In this document: one piece after another, positions 46,701 through 59,100 of the stretch | Layout of the letters: the number at the start of each line of letters is the position of its first letter | How positions within the stretch are numbered: the stretch's first letter is position 1 | Translations under genes and position numbers: made by a program | NCBI GenBank assembly: GCA_964252035.1 | Contig: OZ176212.1 | Direction: 5' to 3' (one strand) | DNA length: 64,000 bases | Source: Podarcis erhardii | Taxonomy: Eukaryota | The notes under the pieces: model-generated | The model's input: the letters and a program-made list of their open reading frames with translations, nothing else | What the model was told of the DNA's origin: nothing | The model's database searches: none

Positions 46701-49700
46701 TGATGTGATGTGTAATCTTAACTTCAGAGCAATATTTTGGCTTTGTTTTTCTTTGCTGAGTGACCTGAAGCACTTGCAGGGGATTTTGAGATGTTAAGGG
46801 GCTTTTTGTGTAAATAGAGGTAATGTAGAAGGCATGCTGTCTGCCTTTGAGTAGTGTTGCATTAGTGGGAATTTTTCCCCATCTTCTGCCATCTACGTAG
46901 AAATACTGTGGCATTTTAAAAGTATCACAGGCACAAGACATGCTCCTAGGAGCTTTTCTATCCAGCCACAGCAATTTGATTTTCAAAGTTTATTGAGTGG
47001 GTAGAATAGACACTCTAATGCTTGGAGATTGATTCTGTGGATAAGTTATTTCCATATCTGGGAATTGGGAAGATGGCCTGTTCTGGACAGGGTTGTGCTT
47101 CCTCTGATGGAGTTGGGTGCATGGTGTGGGATGCTCTCGGGTTCATCTCCATCACCGGAAGCACCTTTTTTGCTAGCTTGTTCCTGGAAAGAGAGCTTGA
47201 CCACAGTGATCCATGCTCTGGTAACCTGTAGATTTGAATTCTATAATGTGCTCTGTATGAGGTGGTTTGGGAGCTGCAGCCAGCATTTGAAATTAGCCAG
47301 GCGCCAGTCTCATTTTGTAACTAGCAACCAGCTTTTTGCAACTGGATGGAGATATCCAGGTGCCACCTCTTGACTCCTAGCATCTCCACCTGCTTGGCTG
47401 CAGTCAGCTGGTCTGCTGGGCACCGCGGCAGCAAAATTCATGTCTTTTGGTGCCGTGCTACCCTGCAGACTACCCAATTTGCCTGGCAGTAAAAATAAGT
47501 AAAGTTAAAATATTTTTTTGCTGCTGGGTGAATCAGGTGGTCTGCAGGGTAGTGCGGCAGCAAAAGACACCCTTTTCAGCGGTGGCTCCCTGGCTTTGGA
47601 ATTCCCTCCCTCTTGAAATCTGGTTGGCACCAACATTGGTAGGTGTTTGGCACTAGCTAAAAACTTAACTTTTAAAAAAGTGGATTCTTGATGTATTAGG
47701 CAACTGACTTTTTTTGTACTGATAGGCCATATAATGTGTAGTTGTTTTTACTAGAATTGTTGTGTTGTTAGTTTGATGTACCCTGCCTTGGGATCACTTG
47801 TTTGATGAATAGCGGGTTAAAAATGACATGGATTCCTTTATGTATTATAGCCACTGTTTGTTTAAAACTGGGGCAGATTTACTAAATAAGAATGTTTGTG
47901 TCTGTCTTCTGATGTGTAATCAAAGTATGGATTTTTCTTGTTACTCTATAATACAGCTTTCCCCTACTTCTCCTTGGTGTCCAAGGTTTGTGTTGTTTTA
48001 CATGGGATATTGTCTTTAGATTCTGCCTAGTTTCTTATTTTAGCAGCTGCTACATGAATGACTTTATCTTAGTCTTCACTTCCCACCTTTGTGGAAACAC
48101 ACAGCCTGTTGCTGTTAGCTAGAAGTGGCTCTAAAAATGTGAGTACTGGGATTAAAGCTTGCCTTAAACTAGTCTGCTCTGGAAAGCTCTTCCTCTCTTC
48201 CTTGCTGTGTTTTGGGTTGGGGTTGATTATGAAATAGTGAAATAAAGGTACTCTGCACATGCTCAGAAGCAGTTTATAGATACTCCATGCTGAGCCTTGC
48301 CTCAAGGTAAGAACTCGTTTCTTACTGAATGCTGCCCATGACTGGAGCCAAAGGTTAAGAGGGGGGAGGAATTGTAAAAGTATGAAGTATCTTTCCAAGT
48401 TCTTTGTGTACAATAATGTCTCAGTAATCCTTATATCAAGATGTCAGAATAATAACATTTGGCATTTCACAAGTTGGTTACTGAGACTGAAAAGAAAGTG
48501 ACTTGTTTGAAGCTGCTTAGAGGGCTCATAGTATAGAAAATGAACTGGGGACTTCCAACTCACTCTTTGTGTTCTTAATATTATGTCACACCAGATCAGT
48601 ATGCTGAGATACACTTTTGTAGAAATACCTGGTATCCTGGAGCATCCTTGTTAGTCTAAGTAATGTAGTATTTTGATTCCATATTAATTTCAAGTATCTT
48701 GAAATAATTTTTTTAAGCATATGTGTTTGGGAAATCCACACTCCCAAGTGAGTCATAAGCTACGGATGAAAGAGATTGTGTAGATTACATTTATATGCTT
48801 TTTTGAACATCATCCACTTTGTCATCTGAGCTCCAGCATTGTTCCAGTGGATCAGAGTGCCAAGCCTTGTGCTTCAGATTGTTGAGTGGGGTAGCTCTTC
48901 AGCTGTAACAGCTTTCATACCAAACTTGTTCTTTCATCCCTGCAAGGCCGTATAAAGTTCTTACGGCTGTCTTGTATTATTGGCCTTGGCTGTCATTGCT
49001 TGTTTTTCAACTTTGTCCTAGAATGGGGTGCTTTGGTTGCCCCACCTCATTAGCTGTGGATGTTGTAGATTGTAGACAAAAAACTTCATTGAAACTTGCC
49101 TGTGGGGTACTATAGGAACATAGGAAACGCCCTTACTGAATTAGGCCCTTGGTCCATCTAGCTCAGTATTGACTACACGGACTGGCAGTGGCTCTCTGGG
49201 CAGGCAGGGGTCTCTTCCCATTCTATGTGGAAATGCCAGGGATTTTACCTGAGACATTTGGCATGCAAAGCAGAATCTATGACCCCTCCCCAAATACTTG
49301 CATTCTGTCTGCCTGAAACTTTCCATTAAGCTTGCTGCCTCCTCAATTATCTGCCCTCTTGCCTGGCCTGGTATCTTTGCACCTGATTTCATCAGACATG
49401 ATCCTTCAAGATTGCTCCTGTTCATGCCCTGGCTAGTCTTGTTCAGTCATTTCCTATAAATGCAACATTGAGCGACCATAAGAGAGATGGGTAGCTGTGA
49501 TGTCCCTGGTCTCTGGCAAGGTTTTGGAATTGGGTGAGAGTGAGGGATGCTTGTACAATGGTACCTCTAGTTGCGTGCACCTCTGGATACGTATCCTTCG
49601 GGTTATGTGTGCGGCAAACCCAGAAGTATTTTTGCATGTTTTGCTGTGCGCGCATGTGCATATCAGGCACCTCCAGTTGCGAAAACCTTGGGATCCGACC

Positions 49701-52700
49701 AGACTTCTGGAACTGATCCTGTCTGCAACCAGAGGTACCACTGTATTTAGGAGTCCAGAGTCTTGATGCCTGCTGTGCAAGGATTCAAGAACAGTGCTTG
49801 TAAAAGTGGCAGAGTTTGCTGTTAATTTCTCTAGTATTTTTCCTACTTTATTATTCTATAGGCTTGAGTTGTGTAGGCAGCTTGAACTTCTAGAAGGACT
49901 TGTTCTCTGGATTATGGTGCCCTTGTATTATATTTCCACAACAAGGGTATAAAAATAAATGCCCAGCTCAGGCAACATGTGATGAGAGCTGAGAGAGTTA
50001 GTATTATTCCATCGTGACCCACTCCCACCCCAAGCCTGTCTCTACTCTGGCAACATATGGAGAAGATCTCCTTACCCTTTGCTCTGTCTCCCCCCTCCCC
50101 CTGAATGCTGGGGTGGTGTCCCTTAAGCAATTCCTGTAAACATGGGCCAGTTGAGAACATACTGTTTTCCTCAAACCTTAAGAGGTGAAGGTTCCCCCTC
50201 CCCTTTCCAGACATGAGGGCTAATGGAGTTTACAGGAACTATTCTAGTATGTGCACGGACATTTTTCAGTGTGAGACTAGACTGCTGGCCTTCTGAACCT
50301 GGGCACTCTAGAACAAGACTGGACTGTTCAGAGCAGACTTGCATAAAGTAGGCACTGCAAAACAGGCACAGGACTTCAAAGCTGCTGAGCAGCATTCTTA
50401 TTAGGACACAGCAGACTCCTGTAAGATTATACATTGCTTCTGAAAATGGCTGCTGTCTGCTAGTAAGAATGCAGCTCAGCACCCTTTAGCCTTGTCTCTG
50501 TGCTTCATTGCATATTTTAGCATTGCCCTTGCTGCTTTTCCAGGCTGGTTTTAGGTTATCTTCATTGGGCAGCTACTGTGCCCCAAGGTGCTTAATGAGA
50601 GGCTTACTTATTAACTCCTAACTTGCCCACAGTGCCATCTCTCCCTGTTTCTGGCTCACTGTGATATTATGATTATCATGTAATTATAATAATTTCTGTC
50701 TCACCATTTCTACAGCCTGGGACTCAAAGCGGCGCTTACACAGATAAATTAGAACAAGCTAAAAACATAGAAAAGACAATAATTAAAATGTAATTAAACA
50801 CTAATTGGGTGCATCCACCCTTTAGCATGCACCACCAATAGTGGGAGCATTTTCTGCTATGATTTGCTTGCCACCAAGCAAGCAGGCAGTGATGCCTGAT
50901 AGGAACAGCAGCTGCCACTGCTTACTTGCCTGCCTTCTCCCACTTACGATGGCAGCAGCAAGCAGTGACCACTGCTGCACTGCCTACTCACTGGCTGGTA
51001 TGTGGAGGGGGGAGGAAGAAGAAGCCACTGCTCATTATGGTGACTTACCTCATGGAGGCGGAGTGGGAGTGGGTGAGCAGGGTCATCTCACCAAATGGTT
51101 TGCTATCAATAGTCCCTCAAAGGCTGGAGCCTGCCCCAAATGTCTTTTCTTGCTCTTCAAAGTGTTAGGATTTGGGCTTGATTCATGTTACCTTGGTCTG
51201 CATCTCTGATCCATCTGAGCCTTTCGTTCTCTGTACTTTTAGTTCAGGCATAGGCAAACTTAGCCCTCCAGATGTTTTGGGACCACAACTCCCATCATCC
51301 CTAGCTAACAGGACCAGTGGTCAGGGATGATGGAAGTTGTAATCCCAAAACATCCGGAGGGCCGAGTTTGCCTATGCCTGTTTTAGTTCAAGTTCTATCT
51401 TTAATACTGCTATAAGCCTCTTTCCCACCCCCACCCCTCAAAAAGTGATTTATTGCTTAGTCTGGACCAGAGGCTTAAGGTGAACTATAGTATTCACATA
51501 CAAATCTCAAATCCGTAAGATCCAGCTCTCCAGGGAAATGTTTCTCCCCTGCCTCCTAGACCTCCCCCCCATATTGTTGGCAGTGGCAGAAACAAAAATA
51601 GTGTCGACATGATATTGGAGTGGACACCCTGTTGGGGATGCAAATTGTCCCCTTCCCAATCATCCAACTGGCCACTTGAGCTGGGAGGGGGTAGTTAGAT
51701 CTTCATGGCTCAGCTGAAGGGCAGAGCACTGTGTCTTGTACATGGGTTTGCCCTGTGTGTAGGTTGTGGTGAAAAGTGTGGTGTTACCATTGGTGTGCAG
51801 ACCTTGGAGATCTCACCAAGGGTGAATGTGGGTCTTGGATCAAGAAAGTTTAGCTACCTCTGGCCTAAAATATTTGTAGGTATGTCACACAAGTCTGTTT
51901 CTCTCAAAAAAAAGATTGATACCAGCTCTGTATAGGAAATTCAAGTATTGTACAATAACTTAAGATTAAAGTGCACAGATATTTTGTTACATGTTTCTGC
52001 ATGCGTGTTAAGATAGCAGGAATAGGGCCCCTGAGTATGTGTTTGCAGAAGTGGCCCCTAGAGGAATTGGCAGTAGGAGATGACAGGTTTGGGACAGACA
52101 TGGTCCAGGGGCAGACATAACTTAGGGTATGGGCATTTAGTCTCAGAAAGCTGTGGAATAGGGAGGCTCGAGCTGTTCTGCTTTCTTGAAAAGAAATTAA
52201 GGACTGCTTGTAGAAAACTGGCTGGTTGAAAAACACAACTTGCCCACAAACTCTGACACTTTTATGCCCACTTCTTATTGCATCCAGCACGACTTCTCCC
52301 TTTCCTTGAGGAGCTGCAGCTATTCTCCAGTCTCGCACTTCTGTTTGTACTCAGGGCCCCCTAAACCTGGGCTCACTTGTGTGAAAGTAGGACCCTTTAG
52401 GATTAGGAGGGTTTGAAGAGGTTCCGCCCTGTCAAATTAAAGGAACAAAATGCTTGAGCTGTGTTTATTTTTAACTGCAGCAGAGTATGTTGCTGTTGTT
52501 TTTAGTAAGCTTGTCTTTCCCGGAATTACAACATGAATGCACTGGGACTAGATCCATACACATTAGTTTGGCCTGAACCCTTGGGAAATAGCCTGACTAT
52601 AAATGCTATCGCCCATCGTTCACCACCACCCTGTTTCCTGGCCAATCTTGTTTGCCTTGACATGGCTACCAAAAAGCTAACTTTTGTTGGAGATTAGGCC

Positions 52701-53059
52701 CCAGAGTCCTGGAGCTCTTCAAACACCATTTAAAGCAGTAAATGCTGCTTCAACAGAACATACTTTAAAAAGGGGTGAGTCTTATAACATCGTCAGTTTT
52801 CTTAAGCTGTCATGTTTATCGCCCACATACTGGGTGTTCGCCTGTGCTTACCTTCATCGTGATTACGTGTTTATATATGGATGGCAAACTGGGGTGTAGA
52901 AGATCAAAGAGTTGCCAAAGTTTTCTTCGGAAATTGTGATGCAATGCATGCAATACAGTTTTTGGCTTTTGATGTCATGCTTTGACCTCAGTTTTGTAAT
53001 GGGGTGACTTAGGATGCAGCACCCTTGGAGTCCACTGAATGCCAACTTTTTATTCATGG

Positions 53060-53108
<49 letters not shown>

Positions 53109-56100
53109 ATCTCTCTCTCTCTCTCTCTCTCTGTTCTATACTCTATTGACTCTTTCTGCATCTTGCTTTCCTCCCCTGTTCATTTTGAATTAGATATATA
53201 CATAGCAGGATGCCATTCCTTCATCTTCTTTCCCCAAGACCTGCTTTTATTTCTCATCACACTCAACCATAAACTTTTCCCGCCTGCTCCCAGGTGATCA
53301 GGGTGGATTTAAAAAAATAATCATTTTTTTTAAGCGACTAGAAGTTTATCTTAAAGAACAACTAGGTTGATCTGCATGTTAGCACTATAGTATGCCTTTC
53401 TACTGATTTAATTTTTACCTGCTAGCATTGAGGCTTGCCTATATCTATATCTATGTCTGAAGATCCAATTTGATCAAGTATGAATATTTGCATTCAGCCT
53501 ACCAAAGTATTTGGTATTTATTTACCTAATGAAAATAACCCAGTAACTAGCAAACCTTACTTCCATCTTTGTTACTTTGTTTTTGTGAGGGTGAGGTTGG
53601 GCCGAAGCAGAGAGGAGGAATGCTGTAAATAAGACAACAAATTTACCCAGTGGTCAGATTCCTATATTTTTATGTGTAACCTCACAAACTCTCATGGCTA
53701 TTGGTTGTAAGCAAACACTAAAGGGGAATATTTTAAAGGCATTCCCTATATAGCTAAAGAAAAACCTACAAACCTTGCTACAAAATGTATACAATGCAAG
53801 ATGCAGGACACGGTTGTAAGAATCAAAACAGAATAAACAATACTCTATTTAGACAGGAACCATAGAATACGTTGGAGCCTCATCTTTGCAGAAACACCCA
53901 GTGTCCTGGCCCTGCCAGGGGGCTGTCAGGCAAGGAATGTCCAGAGTGAGGAGGTAACTCTTTATTGTCAAAAGTACACTTACAAGTAGGGAAAAGGCAT
54001 GTCTATCAGTACTACATTGCTCAGCTACTCCAAGGTGTGCACCCGATGAGGCAGTTGCAGTGACAGAGGCCTGGCCCCTGACCTCAACTTATGTATCTTC
54101 CCTATCTGCATGTAACCTGCTTCTGCTCCTCCCTCTTCAATCCTTGCTTGGTCCTGGGAGACAGTGGAGCAGGAGAGACGGGGCAAGAGGAGGAGGTGTG
54201 GAAGCCCTTGACCAGGGGTCAGCAAACTTTTTCAGCAGGGGGCCGGTCCCCTGTCCCTCAGACCTTGTGGGAGGCCAGACTATAAGCCCCCCCCCGACTC
54301 TCCCATCCCTTCTCCACTGTACTGGACGAGCCCTGGTGGCTGCTTACCTGTGTCTTGCGAGCGGCAGGGGCTGGCGGCGGCGGCGGAGGGATGATGAGCA
54401 GCACATGAAAGGGCTCCAGAGAGGGGCTGCTTAAAATGGTGGCTGCTCGAGCGCTGCTGACCCTGGCACCAACAAAGCCCAGCCCTCTTCCTCCTCTAGG
54501 CAGGGCAGGGAGAAGCCAGGAGGAGGGAGGGAGGGAGGAGGCGCCAGTGCCGGAGCTGCCGTGTGAGGGAGAGGGAAAGAATGTATGTGCTGGCAATCCA
54601 TGCAGCAATTCCCAGACCATCTACGGGCCAGATCCAGAAGGCAATTGGGCCTGATCTGGCCCATGCACCTTAGTTTGCCTACCAATGCTCTTGACTCTCC
54701 ACCAGCCTGGCCTCTCCCTCCTCCTCAACCTGTTCTTCACTCTCTAATCCTGCAGCTTATCCTGCCTGATTCTCGTCTCCTGTCTGTTACAGGCTCCCCC
54801 AGATCACTGTTCCCTTCTTCCAAGTTAGTCTCTAACCCCCCTTCTCCCTGTGGTGCCCACTCCTCAGTATCCAACCACTACTCCTCAGTGCCCAGCCAGC
54901 CCCTGTCACAACATCAGGTTTGGGTTTGAAGAATTCCCAGCTTTCCTGGCCACCCAACCTGTTCCCAAACCTGGGAGAGATTTCAACTAGCTCAGGATGT
55001 TTCATAAATCACTCCTTCTAAATCCCCTTCTTTTATTCCCAATGACAGGGAAATAGTTTTATGTATTTTTTTAAAGAGAAAATTCCAGAGGGAGTGCAAG
55101 TTAAAGCAGCTCAATCACCTTTGGTTCCCTTCCTCTTTGGATTGCAGCATAAACTGTAAATGAATATGGTTTCATGATCAAATGTGTACCATTCTTTAGG
55201 AACTATATGAAGAAATAATAATCATTGATTTTAAATCAGCTTGATTTAAATCAAACCACCTTGTTGGTGATTGCAGGCTTGTTTGGGAAAAGTCTAGGTG
55301 GAAATGGGTGGCAATATATTTTGAGGTCAGGGTTTTAAAAATTCCCACATAGTGGCTCTAGGCTCTGACTACACAGTGAGCTGAGCACACTTTGTTGACT
55401 GACTGTCTGGCCTCTATGTTGACTACTTTTAGTTATAGCTGTCGTGAGGTTTTTGTAAGTAATTTTGGTATATGCTTTCACTCTTGTCATTTATAATGTA
55501 GAATGGGGGAAGTGGGACATGTGTTTGTAGTGTCAGCTCCTCTGTCTTAAAGAAGGAGATGGGTAATAAACTATTTACAGTGTAATTTTGTACATGTCTA
55601 CTTAGAAGTAAGTCCCACTGAATGTAGTGAATAAGTGAATGTAGGATTACAGACTTAAGTTCCCATGTGCCAGTAAAAAATAAAAAATCATATATGTTCA
55701 AAGGACCTGGGATTTTTCAATTTCTACTTGAACTATATTCTGCAAAATACAATGGAGACAATTGAAACCACAAGGTTCAGCTGGATTGAACAGTTAGAAC
55801 AGCTAACGGAAGATAGAATCAACAAGAGAGCATTGAAACATGCAACTTGGGATGGCCTATAATATATAATATTTTGTGGCATTAAGATGCTGCTCTGTTC
55901 CAAGTACTTGCTGTGAATCTTTGACCTTTAGCCCATTGCTGTCTTAACTCATTTCAGAACACAATGTAGACAGAATCCTACCTTATTAATTTCACTGTAT
56001 AGGATGTAAATGTGTAACTAATAGAATGGCAGGTAAGGTTAGACTGGACTGTTTGTGGGGGGAAACAGATATAGAAGCCATTGGTAACTGTCCTGATCCA

Positions 56101-59100
56101 AAGGGATGGTATAAATATTTCTGAGAGAAAAGGTTGGATCAGACCAGTAAAGGTCCATGGCAGCCTCCAGGGAGGCTACAAGTCTCCCCTGTTTCTTCCT
56201 CAGCAGCTGCTTATGTATGTAGAGGTTCCATTTTACTGTCATGGTTATTGGGTTTATTAATGGCCACCTTCTATTAACCTGTCCAATCCCTTTTTAAAGC
56301 TTTCTAAAGCAGTAGCCAGCACATAATAAATATAAATATAAATATCCCTTCCATCTGACTGGGTTGCTCCAGCCACTCTTGTTGCGGCGAATTCCTTAAA
56401 TTGTGTTCTGTGATAAAGTGATTTTAAAAAATCTACTCATTGAGTTATTTGTTACATCAGTAGAGGAAAATATTTCCTCTTCGCTTTCTCCACACTTTGA
56501 TTAATTAAAAAAGTTACTGTCATGTCCCTTGATCTTCCTTTTCTAAACTGCCAGTGAAATCCTATGCATGTAAATACAATTGATTAAGATGGGACTTTCC
56601 CTGAGATAAGAGTGCATATTAGAATCACAGGTTTAAAAGTCTCAAATGCTTTAGCATTGGGGAACATATGTGAAGTGGCTATGGAAAGGGGTGTATAAAT
56701 ATTTTGTGTTTTATTATTTGTAGAATGCTGCTGATTGCTTGTGTGAGTGGATGTGGTAGTAGTAGAATCACAGAATCATTGTAGAGTTGGAAGGGACCCT
56801 GAGGGGCATCTAGTCCAACTCCCTGCAATGCAGGAATCCTGGCCACAGCCAGGTGTGCTCGAACCACCAGCCTTCTGGTTAACAACAAGACGCACTGACC
56901 CTCCTCTGTCCTGGCACTCTGTCTGTGTCTGTTAACGCTGCTGTGTAAGAATCCATAGACCCCCCCCCTTCACCATATTTGTAAATGCTCATTCCTAGGG
57001 CTTTGCGTAGTTTGAAGTGTAGTGCAGCAAAATCTCAGCAGCCGGAGTGGGCTTCAGCAGAGCTTTTCTGGCGGTTGAGGGGCTTCCATACCCTTCCGTG
57101 CTGCCATAAAACAAAAGTGTGGGGGTGGGGATGAAATCTGTGTTGATACGGAAGAGGGAACTTTTGGTAATCTCCGGCAGGCTGGGGAAAACATTCTAGG
57201 CAAGGGTGCTGCCTAGCAGGACTGATTTTGGTAGGTGATATGCAATAGCGAAGGAATGTTGTCGGCATTTTATTCTTTTCGGTGTTCCCCGAACCGCTGC
57301 GAGCATCACTGCCTGGCTTGGGTGGGGCATCTTGGCGTGGGAGCTTCTCAAGGAGACAGAGGCCCAAACATTGCTGCAGCTCCCAGGGCGACCTGGGCGG
57401 GGTGGAAGAGAGGAGCAGCAATTGGCTCTCCTCTTCGCATTCTAGGTGACGAGTGCGAGGAGGAGCCCTTTCCTCTGCATCCTCAGCAGGGACCTGAGGC
57501 CTGGGATTGGTTCTTTCTGCAGCCTAGGTAACCAGCACAGGGCGGAGCCTGGCTCCCTCTGCATCCTCCGCGGTGACCTGGGGGAGGGGATTGGCTCCGG
57601 CTGCAGCCTAGGTAACGGGTGTGTGTGGTGGGGGGGGGGTTGTCTCAGTCTCACTGCAGCCTCAGCCCGGCACATGGGGTGGGGATTCCATATCTGCAGC
57701 CTGGGCATTGAGCAGGGGGTGGGGATTCGCCGGAACTCCTCTAAGCAACAAGAGGAGGAGCGCTGAGGATTGGATCTCATGCTGGGGCGGAGGGAGGAGG
57801 GCTGGCGATAGCACAGCACCTGTGGGTCACATGCTGGCAAAGGAGGGGGGCTTCTAAACAACTCGGGGGCGGCTGGCAAGCTTGCCAAAAAAGAAAAGAA
57901 AAAAAGAGCAACTGTTAACTGAAACCAGAGATGTCTGTCCAGCACCCTGCCTGGGTCACCCAGCTCTGCCTGCCCGGAATTTGCGCTCTACATAGACCAT
58001 GATCTGGGTGGACAGCTCTGGGAGCGGCAGCTGGGGACATGAGAAAGGTATCCCTTTTAACCCTTTTCTTGCCCCTCCTTCATGCCTGCTATTAGATTGT
58101 GGCTAGAGCAGGCCAGATCTCTTCCCACCAGGCACCTTGGAGCTAATAAATCTGTAGGGGGGAAAGGATGTGTTATATCGACTTGAGGAGGGAGAGGCTC
58201 TGAGAACAAGAGGAAATGGGTTGTGTGAGAAATGAATGTCCTGAAATGGGGGAGGGGGAAGCGGAGTCTTGGAATGGGGGGGATACATCTGGGAAGAAGC
58301 AGATGGTCAAAATGAGGGTGAGTGAGGGGGTGCAGACCAAAGACGCCTTTGGCCCATATGGGTACCCTGGCCTGTTTACTGAAAGGTGCAGGTGGGGGGG
58401 GGCAGAGATGGGTACCTTGCTGGCATATCTCTTTGCCCACACCATCTGATCGCCCCGAGACCTGAGAAATCTTCTGTGTGTAACTGGACAAGGCATCCAT
58501 CCAGATTGTATTATTTAATTTGAACGGGTTTTTCGTGTTAAAGGGCACACTGCAGGAGAATAACGAAGTTGGGTTTGGTCAAGGTACCCATTTTGTGAGA
58601 TGGGGAAGAGGGTTGTCTAAACTTGTTTTAGTTAATTTGGGGTGAATTAAAGAAGTGGGGGGGGGGGGAGGAAAGGTGATCCAAATAGTGCCTCCGACAA
58701 ATTAGGCCCTGAAAGAGCATTTGATTCTGCTGGGGTGGGGATAGTGAGAGTCCATAGCAGAACAGGATTGGCAGTTACAGAAGAGACTGATTTGTAAGGA
58801 GGTCCTGAAATATTTGACCAGTGATTGAAGGTGATACCAGAATTTGCATATTCAAGTTGGAGCTATTATTGACAGGAGGAAAATTCTGAATAGTGTTGCA
58901 ACACAGAGCAACCTCACGACACTTTTCTGTTTTCTTTTTGGTAGTGCTGTGAAAAAGAGGGCACTTTACTCTGCTGAGTTCTTGTCTGGAAGAAAGAAAC
59001 AGCAGCTTAAAAATTAGTGTTTCTGGCAGCCTGAATTCTGGATCCATATGTAACCTCTGTACATAGTAGAATAGTAGTTTGGGGTGGGTGGGTATCTGTT

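Noticed and set aside
57999-58047. ATG-initiated exon as a coding NFE2L1 N-terminus
   Set aside because: Ends in phase 1 while the next exon needs phase 0, so it could only be non-coding or a uORF.
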